Positions 26,536-36,529 of a stretch of 64,000 bases of DNA are shown here, in pieces. Numbering within the stretch: the first letter of the stretch is position 1; each line of letters starts with the position of its first letter. The position numbers and the translations under genes are program-made. Origin of the DNA: Candidatus Omnitrophota bacterium (GTDB lineage: Bacteria; Omnitrophota; Omnitrophia; Omnitrophales; Aquincolibacteriaceae); the NCBI GenBank assembly GCA_903884815.1, contig CAISGE010000022.1, positions 19,031-83,030 on the forward strand. Direction: 5' to 3'. The notes beneath the pieces are model-generated. The model was not told the origin of the DNA, made no database searches, and was given only the letters and a program-made list of their open reading frames with translations.

Positions 26536-28017
26536 TTAAAGGGGCCTTTGACTGATCATCTGAAAGAAAACATCTAAAACCTTTGGATCAAAGTGAGTCC
26601 CCGACTCCGCCTTCATCATCTTGAGCGCTTCCTCATGCGAGAACGCCGCGCGATAAGGCCGTATGGTGGTCAAAGCGTCATAAACATCCACGACCGTAAG
26701 TATCCGGGCACTGAGAGAGATCCATTCCCCCTTGACGCCATCCGGATATCCGGAACCGTCAAACCATTCCTGATGGTGGCGGATAATCTCCCGAAGATCC
26801 TTAAACGAGCGCAGCGGCGCGATGATCTTCTCCCCCTTCTCGGCGTGAGTCTGCATCACCTTACGCTCTTCAGGGGTGAGTTTCGAAGGTTTGAGAAGGA
26901 TGTCGTCCTCGATCGCGATCTTCCCGATATCATGCAAATACGCCGCGTCCCGTAAGGTCTGGATCTTTTCCGAGGACATTCCCATCGCTTGCGCGATCCG
27001 CACCGCGGATTCTGAAACGCGCTCCAGATGTCCCCCCGTATAAGCATCCCGTTCTTCCACCGCGACCGCTAAAGCGGCGATCGTTTCCACGTAGCTCCGT
27101 TCGGAGTCTTGCATCAGCCTTGAATTTTCACTCGCGATCGCGATCTGGCTGGCCACATGCTCAAGCATAATGACGTCTTCCTGAATAAAAGCCTGTTCGT
27201 TGCCTTTGTTGAGCACCAGCACACATCCCAGATTACGATTCTGATAACGGAGTGGCACGCAGAGGAGGGACCGGTAAGACAGTTCCGAAACATCTTGATC
27301 CATCTCCGGGCTTCCTTCCGCACGGTTGATGATCAGCGGCCGCTTCTCCTGGCTCATCCACTTCAAGGGGGAGTTTTTTTGTGTCGCAAGATAGAGCAGT
27401 TTTTCTCGCGCCCTGCCGCACGCGACGACCTGACGGAAGATCCTGGTTCCGCCTTCCGCCTCCAAAAGAACGACCGCGCCGCTTTCAGCCCCCATCGCCT
27501 TGATCACGCTTTCCGTAATAAGCTCGAGAAGTCCCTCCGTTCTTTCTTCTGAAGTGATCACAGCGCCGATCTTTGCCATCAGCTCCTGGATAATAACCTT
27601 GGATTGTTCGAGTTGCGCGACCTGACTTTCCAGATTCTTATTCACCCCGTTAAAAACCTTGACCAGATTCCGTATCTCTTCGGACTGATCTTTCACTTCG
27701 ATCCCTCCCGCAAGGATCTTCCCGTCGAGCAGGTCCTTGGCCGTCCGTGCCATACTCGTGATCGAAGAACCGATCTGCCGGATGATCCAGTAGCCCAAAA
27801 GCGAGGAGCAAAGAGCGAGGCCCACAAGAAGCTGAAGATCGACGCGATACCCCTGCTTCGTGATGGGATTTAAATGGAAGAAAAGCATGTAGAGCATGAT
27901 TGAGATGGGAAGAAGACCCATCAGAATGAAGGCAATGCCAATTTTCAGCTGGATGCCACTACTATCCAAGGACTGAAGCTTGGGGAATTTTGATTTTGCA
28001 TGCTCCACCTGAGTCAT
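26536..28017 (-). CDS. Membrane-anchored HAMP-GAF-HD-GYP domain protein (putative c-di-GMP phosphodiesterase)
   Basis: 493 aa with two N-terminal TM helices. HDIGKI...HHQEWFDGSGYPDG is the HD-GYP signature. Central GAF-like region. Confidence 0.75.
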   Translation of the reverse strand: MTQVEHAKSKFPKLQSLDSSGIQLKIGIAFILMGLLPISIMLYMLFFHLNPITKQGYRVDLQLLVGLALCSSLLGYWIIRQIGSSITSMARTAKDLLDGKILAGGIEVKDQSEEIRNLVKVFNGVNKNLESQVAQLEQSKVIIQELMAKIGAVITSEERTEGLLELITESVIKAMGAESGAVVLLEAEGGTRIFRQVVACGRAREKLLYLATQKNSPLKWMSQEKRPLIINRAEGSPEMDQDVSELSYRSLLCVPLRYQNRNLGCVLVLNKGNEQAFIQEDVIMLEHVASQIAIASENSRLMQDSERSYVETIAALAVAVEERDAYTGGHLERVSESAVRIAQAMGMSSEKIQTLRDAAYLHDIGKIAIEDDILLKPSKLTPEERKVMQTHAEKGEKIIAPLRSFKDLREIIRHHQEWFDGSGYPDGVKGEWISLSARILTVVDVYDALTTIRPYRAAFSHEEALKMMKAESGTHFDPKVLDVFFQMISQRPL

Positions 28018-28058
28018 GAGAATATTCTACCCTAGGAAAGGCCCAGCTTCACTAGATT

Positions 28059-28658
28059 TTAAAGGCTCGAGTTTTTTTCCTGGACATCTATATCCCGCAA
28101 CACATCCCGAAGGCTGAGATTTTGAGGATTGCCCGCCACGGCGGTCGTGGTCGCATCGTGAATATAGTTTTCTTCTCCGGGACGGATATGCGTTTGCACC
28201 GCTACCGTCCCAGCAGTCGCGGCAACTACGGTTGCGGCCTCCACACCCAGAAGCCCGGTCCCGCCGCTGGTTCCGGCCGCCGCAGCCCCCACCGGCATCG
28301 CGACGGTGGCAATCCCCCCGGCAACACCCAGCGTCATCATGGTCGCCGCGAAAACATAGACCTTTTTCCGGTCGCTCACAGGCCCATCGTAAGGAATATC
28401 GCCGGATTTTGTTTTGGCATCCAGCATTTCATAATCCGGCCGGATCTCACGCTTTACGAAGCCTTTAAAAGGATCTTTCGTATTATCTTTCTTTCGCAGG
28501 CTCACGAACGACTTGCCGGTCTGCGGGTGCTCGCGGACAAAGACCTTCTCCGGAGCTTCCTGCAGCACTTCGGACTCTCCCGCGAAAATGGGTCCGGCGG
28601 CCAAGATCATCGCAAGACCCCAAACAAGCGACTTTTTCATGGTTTGCTCCCCGCCCAC
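28059..28658 (-). CDS. Secreted protein with C-terminal glycine-zipper (Gly-zipper_Omp-like) region
   Basis: 199 aa with a signal peptide. C-terminal GVAGGIATVAMPVGAAAAGTSGGTGLLGVEAATVVAATAG. Start overlaps the upstream lipoprotein gene by 22 nt. Confidence 0.45.
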   Translation of the reverse strand: MGGEQTMKKSLVWGLAMILAAGPIFAGESEVLQEAPEKVFVREHPQTGKSFVSLRKKDNTKDPFKGFVKREIRPDYEMLDAKTKSGDIPYDGPVSDRKKVYVFAATMMTLGVAGGIATVAMPVGAAAAGTSGGTGLLGVEAATVVAATAGTVAVQTHIRPGEENYIHDATTTAVAGNPQNLSLRDVLRDIDVQEKNSSL

Positions 28659-29251
28659 CGCTGGGTCCGTATCGCGTCCTGAATATAGAGCACAATGCTT
28701 TCCGTATTATTTTCAAGCGCTGCGTTGAAATTCACCTGGGGACCACCTCTTTTAGCGAACACTTTTTTGGAATCGCTTTTGCCGGAGGTACGAAAGCGAT
28801 CGAGAAGTGCGAGATGAGTGTCGAACGCGAGGGTCTCCGTTTCAAAAGAAACGGTCTGGCCCTTCATCGTCACATCATTCTCAAAAGCCTTGGGCCGAAT
28901 ATAGATGAGATACGGGATCGCGTATCGGACAAGCATCTCCTGTGTCGGTTCATCCTCGATTAAAATGAACTCCCCAAAACCCCTTTGAAATCCTTCGATC
29001 AGGATCGGGACATAGGCTTCTCCGATGTGATAGGTCTGGGGATCCGCGAAGCGGCCGCCTTTGTTTTTGGAGATGAGCTCGGGAAGAGAGGGATCGAGAT
29101 AAAGCGCGATGCGTTGCGGGGCGGGTTGCACGCGTTCATAGAATCTTTGGGAAAGGACCGCCGGCGCGTGAATGTCCCAGCCAAAGAGCGTGGCACAACC
29201 GGAGCAGACGAACGCAAGAATCATGACCCGCAGCGCATGGCTCATTTTCAT
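28637..29251 (-). CDS. Hypothetical lipoprotein
   Basis: 204 aa. Signal peptide with Cys (LAFVCSGC). No family recognised. Confidence 0.4.
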   Translation of the reverse strand: MKMSHALRVMILAFVCSGCATLFGWDIHAPAVLSQRFYERVQPAPQRIALYLDPSLPELISKNKGGRFADPQTYHIGEAYVPILIEGFQRGFGEFILIEDEPTQEMLVRYAIPYLIYIRPKAFENDVTMKGQTVSFETETLAFDTHLALLDRFRTSGKSDSKKVFAKRGGPQVNFNAALENNTESIVLYIQDAIRTQRWAGSKP

Positions 29252-29304
29252 GGAGGGATTCTATCCTTCACCCGCAAAGCCGTCAAAAGCAACGCCGCCT
29301 TCGT

Positions 29305-30006
29305 TCAAACGCCTTCCTGCAATAACCGGCGATGGCGTTCCAACCACTGTTTCGCCCGGAGAAAATCCGGCATAAGAGCTTCCACTTTTTTCCAGTAGCG
29401 CTTCGAGTGATTCAGTTCCTCAAGATGAACGACTTCATGAACCACCACATAATCGATGACGTCTCGCGGGGCCATGACAAGCCGCCAGCTAAAATTCAAA
29501 GTTCCCTTGGAACTGCAGGATCCCCAGCGCCCGTTCGCGTTCGAGATCCCGATCCCGGCGTAGCGGGCCCCCGTCATTCCGATGTAATACCGAACGCGGC
29601 TGGTAAAAAGCTCCATCGCCTGCTCCCGGTACCAATCGCGGAAGAGCCATCGGGCCAAAAGCACACAGCCCTCTCTCAGAACGAATCCTTTTTCACTCAA
29701 GACCAGCGGCCCATAGGTTCCGGGAACGACAAAAAGCTCGTGCTCTTCCCCGAGATACAGGAATTTCTCACCGGCGGTGAAAGTCTTGGGCTTTGCGGGA
29801 AGATAATGCTCACGGGCGAAACGCTGTTTGTTCAGGATCCACGGAAGCTTTTGCCGGACCACCTCATGGATCGACTCAAGGGACATCTTGGGGGGAACCC
29901 GGACGATCAGATGGGCTTCGGCCGTAACCTGCAACCCCACCGTCCTGCGTTTCGATCGGATGATCTTATGAATGGGATGGTGATCCTCGCCCGACTGTTG
30001 CTTCAC
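29305..30006 (-). CDS. YgjP-like M48-family metallohydrolase (DUF45/WLM-like)
   Basis: 233 aa. HEVVHLEELNH zinc motif (HExxH...E) near the C-terminus. Typical YgjP size. Confidence 0.65.
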   Translation of the reverse strand: MKQQSGEDHHPIHKIIRSKRRTVGLQVTAEAHLIVRVPPKMSLESIHEVVRQKLPWILNKQRFAREHYLPAKPKTFTAGEKFLYLGEEHELFVVPGTYGPLVLSEKGFVLREGCVLLARWLFRDWYREQAMELFTSRVRYYIGMTGARYAGIGISNANGRWGSCSSKGTLNFSWRLVMAPRDVIDYVVVHEVVHLEELNHSKRYWKKVEALMPDFLRAKQWLERHRRLLQEGV

Positions 30007-30536
30007 GATATTTTTCCGCGTCTCTCGGATGGTGAGAAAATGTAGAAAGCCTTACCAATAACGTTCTTTTTTTTCACAAATCCCCATTGCCGGCTATCGG
30101 CAGAATAGGCGGAATGATCCCCTAAAACAAAATACGAATCTGCGGGTATTTGTATGGCTTGGCCTTTCTTACCAAATTCCCATTCTTCTTTGTTTAAATA
30201 AATTCTACTCCGGGGTATCTGAACCGTATCCATTAACTTCCCATCAATGAAAATGTTGCCGCTATCGATCCTTAGCTGCTCCTTGGGCATCCCGATAATT
30301 CTTTTCAACATATCCACCTTAGGGTTTAAAGGATAGGAAAATAAAATCACATCCCCCCGCCTGGGCTCCTGGAACTTATACGTCACTGTATCAATAAAAA
30401 TTGAATCACCTATTCGCAATGCCGGAGCCATTGCATTAGTAGGAATTTTACACGGGTGCACGGCAACCCTAAAAGCAGCCATGAAGAAAACCACTGCGAT
30501 AATAATGGCGAAGCTAATCACATGTTCTTTTTTCAT
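30003..30536 (-). CDS. lepB: Signal peptidase I (S26 family)
   Basis: 177 aa. N-terminal TM, catalytic-Ser box NAMAPAL, and GDHSAYSADSRQWGFV C-terminal box. Confidence 0.8.
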   Translation of the reverse strand: MKKEHVISFAIIIAVVFFMAAFRVAVHPCKIPTNAMAPALRIGDSIFIDTVTYKFQEPRRGDVILFSYPLNPKVDMLKRIIGMPKEQLRIDSGNIFIDGKLMDTVQIPRSRIYLNKEEWEFGKKGQAIQIPADSYFVLGDHSAYSADSRQWGFVKKKNVIGKAFYIFSPSERRGKIS

Positions 30537-30669
30537 TGAAAAGAACCTCCGCCGGATAGTTTGAAGACGTGCCGATCAGTCTTTAGATTATCGGCAACCC
30601 AGGGGGACGAAATGAGACGCATTTTAAACTTAAATCCAGACACTGACCAGGGGAAGGGCTTTGGTCTGA

Positions 30670-30915
30670 CTAGTAATTAAAAAGGTCGCGGTGAGCAAAT
30701 TTAAGCTCGGGAAGCGCGAGATGTATGGCGTTCAAGATCTTCGTTTTGGCCTTGGAGGTGAGCCGTCTTCCTTTGCGCGCCTTCTGCACCACTTTATGGG
30801 AAAGTTGCTCGGTCGAGACCGCGACCAAGGCATGATTGGTAAGCGCGTGTTTGGTCATCAGAGCATCAAGCGGCTGAACCCCGAGATCGTTTTTTTCCAT
30901 GGCGTCCCCTGTCAT
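30670..30915 (-). CDS. Hypothetical basic protein, translationally coupled to rho
   Basis: 81 aa with a GC3-rich frame. Start overlaps the rho stop by 4 nt. Lys/Arg-rich patch KARKGRRLTSKAKTK. Confidence 0.4.
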   Translation of the reverse strand: MTGDAMEKNDLGVQPLDALMTKHALTNHALVAVSTEQLSHKVVQKARKGRRLTSKAKTKILNAIHLALPELKFAHRDLFNY

Positions 30916-31907
30916 TGAAGTTTACTCACGGCGGCAAGAAGATCCTGGGTCGCGGGATATTTTTTAAGTTGCTCAAGAAGCGCGGTGATCGCCTCTAGAG
31001 GCTTCAATCCGGCCAGGGCTCGGCGTATCCGTCGCGCCGGATCCAGTTCCTCAGGAGTGAAAAGCAGCTCTTCTTTACGCGTCCCGCTTTTGGAAATATC
31101 CACCGCGGGGTAAATGCGTTGGCTCGATATCTCGCGCGAGAGATAGATCTCCATATTACCGGTCCCCTTGAACTCTTCAAAAATATACTGGTCCATGCGG
31201 CTCCCGGTATCAACCAGGATGGTCGCGAGGATCGTAAGCGACCCTCCGTGCTCGATCTTGCGCGCGGAGCCAAAAATGCGCCGCGGCACTTCCATCGCCC
31301 GTGCGTCCACGCCACCGGAAAGCGTCCGGCCGCTCGAGCGCTGTTCGGCATTGTGCACGCGCGAAAGTCGCGTTAGCGAATCAACGAGAACCATCACATT
31401 CGCCCCGCCTGCGACCTCACGGTACACCTGTTGCATGAGCTCCCGCGCCGTCTCGATATGGTGATCGTAAGGCTGATCGGAAGAAGACCACCGGACCTCC
31501 GCCGTGACGCTGCGCTTAAAATCGGTAACTTCCTCGGGCCTTTCATCGATCAAAAGACAATAAAGCTTCATCTCCGGACGGCTCTTCGCCACGGCCTGGC
31601 AAAGATGCTTCAGAAAAGTCGTTTTCCCGGATCCCGGAGGCGCCACGATCAAGCCCCGCTGTCCCATGCCGATCGGGCAGATCAGATCCATGACACGCAT
31701 CGTCAGTTCCTGCGAACCGTCTTCCAACCGGATTCGCGGCGTAGGATCGATGGCGGTGCTAGCAAAAAATTTCTGCTCGTCTTCGGATCCCGGACGCCGC
31801 GGATCCTCATGGGAAGGCCGGTAAGAGGGACGGTGGGAAGGAGCTCCCTGTCTTGCGCCTCCCGCATAGGGCTCCCGGCGAGGACCCCGCTCGTTATAAT
31901 TTCTCAT
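30912..31907 (-). CDS. rho: Transcription termination factor Rho with truncated N-terminal domain
   Basis: RecA-type ATPase core GQRGLIVAPPGSGKT and C-terminal RIYPAVDISKSGTRKEELL match Rho. ATG at 31907 overlaps the ABC-F stop (ATGA coupling). The alternative ATG at 31946 still leaves under 60 aa before the ATPase core. Confidence 0.8.
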   Translation of the reverse strand: MRNYNERGPRREPYAGGARQGAPSHRPSYRPSHEDPRRPGSEDEQKFFASTAIDPTPRIRLEDGSQELTMRVMDLICPIGMGQRGLIVAPPGSGKTTFLKHLCQAVAKSRPEMKLYCLLIDERPEEVTDFKRSVTAEVRWSSSDQPYDHHIETARELMQQVYREVAGGANVMVLVDSLTRLSRVHNAEQRSSGRTLSGGVDARAMEVPRRIFGSARKIEHGGSLTILATILVDTGSRMDQYIFEEFKGTGNMEIYLSREISSQRIYPAVDISKSGTRKEELLFTPEELDPARRIRRALAGLKPLEAITALLEQLKKYPATQDLLAAVSKLQ

Positions 31908-33712
31908 TTCTGAATTTTTTCCATTTTCTTCACGAGAGTATTCCACTCGGATTCGGCGTCCTCGATCTGGATCTGCAATTCTTTGAGGCGCGTGTTACGG
32001 TCTTTGGAGAAATGGAGCGGATTTTTCGACATTTCCTCAAGGACTTTGTTCCGTTCCTCGGTAAAGTGCCGGGCGCGGCCTTCGGCTTTTTCGATGGCCT
32101 TTTGAAGCTTCTTCATCTCGGCCTTTTCTCCGCCACTTTTAGATTCCTGGATGGCCGTGTTCCCTCCGGAGCCGTTCCCGTTTGAAGAGGAAACAGGTAC
32201 CACTTCATCGTCATCTTCCTCTTCGCCGCGAGCCACTTGTTCGAGATGATACACATAATCCTCATAGGTCCCGGGGTAATGCATGATGCGTCCTTTTTTC
32301 ACCTCAATAATGCTGGAGGCCAAAAGATTCACAAAGGTACGATCGTGACTGATAAAAACCACAGTTCCGGAGAACGTCTTGAGGGCATTGCCCAGGGCTT
32401 CCACGGTCTCAAAATCCAAATGGTTCGTCGGTTCGTCAAGAAGCAGCACATGGCTCTTGGAAAGCAGTATGCCCGCCAGCACCAACCGCGCGCGCTCACC
32501 GCCGCTTAAGACCTTGATCTTCTTCTCGACATCATCCCCTTTGAAAAGAAAGCACCCCGCCATATTGAGCACATCCTGACGGGTAACGCCCTGGGCGCTT
32601 TCGCGCAAAAGATAAGTGTAAACATCATCTTCCGGGTCCAGCACCGCAAAGACATGCTGCGCGTAGTAAGCGATCTTGAGTCCCGTTCCCCAACGGAAAC
32701 TGCCGCCTTTAGGCGCCAGACTCCCCGCGAGCGTCCTTAAGAAAGTCGTCTTCCCTTCGCCGTTATTACCGAGCACCGCGACGTGTTTTCCACGGTCGAT
32801 CTCGACTTGGATGTCGCGGGCGATATCTTTCTCGGGATAACCGATCACAAGGTCCTCGCACATCACCGCGACACCGGCCTTGGGTTCCACGTAAGGAATG
32901 TTGATCTTGACCGTGCTCATGGGATGCGCGATCTCGATCGTCTTGAGTTTAGAGAGCTGCTTCATCTTCGACTGCGCGCGTGTCGCCGTCGAAGCCTTAG
33001 CTTTGAACCGGTCGATGAAAGTCTGGAGTTGTTCGCGCTTCTTATCCAGGCCCTTGTTGTAGGCCTGTTTCTGGGCGAGTTGTTCTTCCTTGAACGCAAA
33101 ATAATCTTCGACATCCCCGGGGAATAGAGCGAGCTGTCCGTTCTCCACCTCGAGCGTATGATCGCAGGTGCGCTTCAGAAATTCACGGTCATGCGAGACG
33201 ACCAGACAACCGCCTCTGAAATTCAGCAGGAAATTCTCCAGAAGGATCAGCGTGCTCAAGTCCAGATAGTTACTCGGTTCGTCCAGAATCAGGAAATTGG
33301 GGTCGCCCAGAAGCATCGCCGCGAGCTTCACGCGGGTCTGGAAGCCTCCGGGAAGATTGCGCACGGATTGTTCGAGGATCTCGTTTTTGAGCTGAAAACG
33401 CGCGGCGATCTGCCCGCATTCCCAATGCTCCGCCCGGGTCGTTCGCATCAGGAAGTCCAGAACATTCTCCCCCGGCTTGAAGGTGTCATGCTGTTCCAGA
33501 TAAGAAAGCCGAAGCGCGGTATTGCGCGTGATGCTGCCGCTATCAGCCGACTCGTGTCCGGTGATGATGCGGCATAGCGTGGATTTCCCGGCTCCATTAC
33601 GACCGATGACGCCAATCTTCTGGTCGTCTCCGAACGACGCGGTCGCATTGTCCAGGATCGTCACAGCACCATAAGCTTTATGGAGTTCGTTCACTTGCAA
33701 TAAAACAGTCAT
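31904..33712 (-). CDS. ABC-F family ATPase (two ABC domains, C-terminal coiled coil; Uup/EttA-like)
   Basis: 602 aa. Two Walker A sites (GRNGAGKST, GNNGEGKTT), two LSGGE signatures, acidic linker and KK-rich C-terminal coiled coil. Confidence 0.85.
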   Translation of the reverse strand: MTVLLQVNELHKAYGAVTILDNATASFGDDQKIGVIGRNGAGKSTLCRIITGHESADSGSITRNTALRLSYLEQHDTFKPGENVLDFLMRTTRAEHWECGQIAARFQLKNEILEQSVRNLPGGFQTRVKLAAMLLGDPNFLILDEPSNYLDLSTLILLENFLLNFRGGCLVVSHDREFLKRTCDHTLEVENGQLALFPGDVEDYFAFKEEQLAQKQAYNKGLDKKREQLQTFIDRFKAKASTATRAQSKMKQLSKLKTIEIAHPMSTVKINIPYVEPKAGVAVMCEDLVIGYPEKDIARDIQVEIDRGKHVAVLGNNGEGKTTFLRTLAGSLAPKGGSFRWGTGLKIAYYAQHVFAVLDPEDDVYTYLLRESAQGVTRQDVLNMAGCFLFKGDDVEKKIKVLSGGERARLVLAGILLSKSHVLLLDEPTNHLDFETVEALGNALKTFSGTVVFISHDRTFVNLLASSIIEVKKGRIMHYPGTYEDYVYHLEQVARGEEEDDDEVVPVSSSNGNGSGGNTAIQESKSGGEKAEMKKLQKAIEKAEGRARHFTEERNKVLEEMSKNPLHFSKDRNTRLKELQIQIEDAESEWNTLVKKMEKIQK

Positions 33713-33776
33713 GATCTCAACTTTCTTTACTTACGGATTAACAAAAAGACCGGCATTGAAAATAGGGTGTGAACTG

Positions 33777-34919
33777 TTAGACGCGGGAAGCAACGATCTT
33801 TGAAGCAGCGTCTGGCGTGATATCCTTGTGTTCTCCAAAAACGGAATCCCGTTCCGCAAAGCGTTCGCGAACCTTCCGGGAAGCCTCTTTGGCGTCAATC
33901 TTATAGTCGCCAAAACGCGTGGGCATCTTCACGGCATGGAAAAACGCCTCCGTCTTCATCATGGCCTCTTTCGCCGTCTTGACGCCCCAGACGCGCCGGC
34001 CGTACTGCTCGAGCTTCTTTTTTTTCGCGGTCAATTTGTATTGCCACACCCCGGGCAGCACGATCGCGAGGGTCTCGGCGTGATCGAGGCCGTAAAAAGC
34101 GGTCAATTCGTGCGCGATCATGTGGGTGGACCAGTCCTGCGGGACGCCGCAGCCGATCAACGTATTCAAGGCAAGTGTCGCACTCCACATGAACGTAGCG
34201 CGAGATTCGTAATCGTTATGCTTTTTTAGCACGGTGGGAGCCACCTCGATCAGGGTCTGAAGAAGCGACTCCGCCATCCGGTCCTGCAGTGGCGCATGTG
34301 CCGGATAAGTGATGTACTGCTCCATCACGTGGATAAAGGCGTCCACGATCCCATTACGAAGTTGCTTTTCAGGCAATGAGAATGTCGTTTCCGGATCGAG
34401 CACAGAAAACTTCGGGAACACATAGGACGAATAAAAATGAAGCTTTTCCTGTGTGGCCTTGCGTGAGATGACAGAATTCCCGTTCGATTCGGAGCCCGTC
34501 GCCGGAAGCGTCAAAATAGTTCCTAGCGGCAAAGCCGATTTGACGTTCGCGCCGTGTTCCCTAAGAATAGCCCAAAGATCGGACCCGGTAAAGATCGCTG
34601 CCGCCGCGATAAACTTGCCCGCATCCAGGACCGATCCTCCGCCCACCGCGAGGATAAAACCGATCTTTTCTTTTTTTACGACCTCGACAGCCTTCACGCA
34701 AGTCTCAAAAAGAGGATTGACCTCGATACCGCCAAACTCGGTCACGTGAAAGCCTTTAAGCGACGCCTTAACCTGCTCATAGACGCCGTTCTTCTTGATC
34801 GAACCGCCGCCGTAGAGGAAAAGGACGCCCGTGTCTTTGGGGATACGTCCCGCGATCTCGCGGATCATACCCTTACCAAAGAGGATCTCTGTGGGGTTTT
34901 TATAAGTAAAATTCTGCAT
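33777..34919 (-). CDS. Iron-containing alcohol dehydrogenase (butanol dehydrogenase-like)
   Basis: 380 aa. GGGSVLDAGKFIA Fe-ADH signature. Confidence 0.8.
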   Translation of the reverse strand: MQNFTYKNPTEILFGKGMIREIAGRIPKDTGVLFLYGGGSIKKNGVYEQVKASLKGFHVTEFGGIEVNPLFETCVKAVEVVKKEKIGFILAVGGGSVLDAGKFIAAAAIFTGSDLWAILREHGANVKSALPLGTILTLPATGSESNGNSVISRKATQEKLHFYSSYVFPKFSVLDPETTFSLPEKQLRNGIVDAFIHVMEQYITYPAHAPLQDRMAESLLQTLIEVAPTVLKKHNDYESRATFMWSATLALNTLIGCGVPQDWSTHMIAHELTAFYGLDHAETLAIVLPGVWQYKLTAKKKKLEQYGRRVWGVKTAKEAMMKTEAFFHAVKMPTRFGDYKIDAKEASRKVRERFAERDSVFGEHKDITPDAASKIVASRV

Positions 34920-34942
34920 GGGGAAATACTTCTACCCTTTCA

Positions 34943-34971
34943 AGTCCCGGTCTTCTGAAAAGACCGGGACT
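34943..34971. other. Perfect stem-loop AGTCCCGGTCTT-ctgaaa-AGACCGGGACT just downstream of ahcY
   Basis: 11-12 bp GC-rich stem. A T-rich tract follows on the plus strand only, so assignment as the ahcY terminator is uncertain. Confidence 0.45.
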
Positions 34972-34981
34972 TTACGGGATT

Positions 34982-36421
34982 TTAATATTTGTAGTGCTCG
35001 GCCTTATAGGGACCGTCGAAAGGAACATCAAGATACTCGGACTGCTTTTGGGTAAGCCTTGTGAGCTTGGCGCCGAGCTTATCGAGATGGAGCCGTGCAA
35101 CCTCTTCATCCAGCTTCTTGTCAAGACGATAGACCCCGGGTTTTTTGGGGTTCATCACAAGATCGATCTGCGCAAGCGTCTGATTCGTGAAGGAATTCGA
35201 CATCACGAAACTCGGATGACCCGTTGCACAGCCCAGATTCACAAGACGTCCTTCCGCGAGAAGAATGATCGAGTGGCCATCCGGAAAAATGTATTTATCG
35301 ACCTGCGGCTTGATGTTGATCTTCTTGATCCCGGGCCACGTCTCAAGCTTGGCGACCTGGATCTCATTGTCAAAATGCCCGATGTTGCAGACGATCGACT
35401 CATCCTTCATCTTGGACATGTGTTCGGCCGTGATCACATCGATATTGCCTGTCGTGGTCACGTAAATATCTCCGATATCCAGCACATCTTCGAGACGCGC
35501 CACCTGATAACCCGCCATCGTCGCCTGAAGCGCGCAAATCGGGTCGATCTCGGTCACGATGACCCTCGCCTTAAGCGCGGAAAGTGACTGTGCGCTTCCT
35601 TTTCCGACATCGCCGAACCCGAGAACCACGGCAACCTTGCCCGCGATCATCACATCCGTCGCGCGCTTGATCCCGTCCACCAGCGACTCCCGGCAGCCGT
35701 AAAGATTGTCGAACTTGGACTTGGTCACCGAATCGTTCACGTTGATGGCAGGCACCAGAAGTTTCCCCTGTTCCTGCATCTTATAGAGCCGGTGAACGCC
35801 GGTCGTCGTTTCTTCGGAAACACCTTCCCATTCCTTGACGACGCCGTGCCATTTCTTGGGCTCGCTTTTCATGATCGTTTTGAGAAGCTTGAAAAGCTCG
35901 ATCTCGTCCTGAGTCTCGACCTTTTGGTCGAGGAGCTTGGGGTTCTTCTCCGCGTCCAATCCAAGATGGATCATGAGCGTCGCATCGCCGCCGTCATCCA
36001 CGATAAGGTTCGGCCCCTTACCCCCCGGAAAATTGAGCGCCTGAAGCGTGCACCACCAGTATTCCTCCAGCGTCTCCCCCTTCCAAGCGAAGACCGGGAT
36101 CCCGCGTGCCGCGATCGCGGCCGCCGCGTGATCTTGTGTGGAGAAAATGTTGCAGGAGCACCAACGCACGTCTGCCCCGAGTTCCACGAGCGTCTCGATC
36201 AGGACCGCGGTCTGGATTGTCATATGAAGGCTGCCCATGATGCGCTTGCCCTTAAGAGGCTTCTGAGGACCGTATTTCGCGCGTGTCGCCATAAGACCCG
36301 GCATTTCCTTCTCGGCCATATCAAGTTCTTTGCGGCCCCAGGCGGCCAGGGAAAGGTCGGCGACTTTAAAGTCGTTTTTTATTTTTAAGGCAGCGGTTTT
36401 CTTTGCTGTTTTTTTTGTCAT
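34982..36421 (-). CDS. ahcY: Adenosylhomocysteinase (S-adenosyl-L-homocysteine hydrolase)
   Basis: [28 protein letters not shown] and an NAD-binding GDVGKG motif. Start taken at MTKKTAKK (36421). The ORF track starts at 36451 and would overlap a terminator hairpin. Confidence 0.9.
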   Translation of the reverse strand: MTKKTAKKTAALKIKNDFKVADLSLAAWGRKELDMAEKEMPGLMATRAKYGPQKPLKGKRIMGSLHMTIQTAVLIETLVELGADVRWCSCNIFSTQDHAAAAIAARGIPVFAWKGETLEEYWWCTLQALNFPGGKGPNLIVDDGGDATLMIHLGLDAEKNPKLLDQKVETQDEIELFKLLKTIMKSEPKKWHGVVKEWEGVSEETTTGVHRLYKMQEQGKLLVPAINVNDSVTKSKFDNLYGCRESLVDGIKRATDVMIAGKVAVVLGFGDVGKGSAQSLSALKARVIVTEIDPICALQATMAGYQVARLEDVLDIGDIYVTTTGNIDVITAEHMSKMKDESIVCNIGHFDNEIQVAKLETWPGIKKINIKPQVDKYIFPDGHSIILLAEGRLVNLGCATGHPSFVMSNSFTNQTLAQIDLVMNPKKPGVYRLDKKLDEEVARLHLDKLGAKLTRLTQKQSEYLDVPFDGPYKAEHYKY

Positions 36422-36438
36422 GGTTTTTTCTTTTCTAT

Positions 36439-36510
36439 TAAAAACCGTCATCCTGAGTGAAGCGAAGGATCCCGTTTTGAGATTCTTCGCCTGCGGCTCA
36501 GAATGACGGT
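36439..36510 (-). terminator. Intrinsic terminator/attenuator hairpin between metK and ahcY
   Basis: On the minus strand, ACCGTCATTCTGAG...CTCAGGATGACGGT long stem is followed by a TTTTT run, 17 nt before the ahcY ATG. Confidence 0.55.
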
Positions 36511-36529
36511 ATTGTTTAAAACTGCGAAA

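Noticed and set aside
30691-30918. 75-aa plus-strand ORF opposite the rho-coupled small gene
   Set aside because: The minus-strand frame has the genome-typical high GC3 and a 4-nt coupled start with rho. The plus frame is antisense and lacks a start context.
31004-31351. 115-aa minus-strand ORF inside rho in another frame
   Set aside because: It overlaps the Rho ATPase core in an alternative frame. Arg-rich and without homology.
36439-36529. SAH riboswitch upstream of ahcY
   Set aside because: The structure is a single long hairpin followed by a U-tract on the minus strand. This fits a metK terminator/attenuator. I could not identify the SAH-riboswitch pseudoknot consensus by eye. A covariance-model search (RF01057) would settle it.
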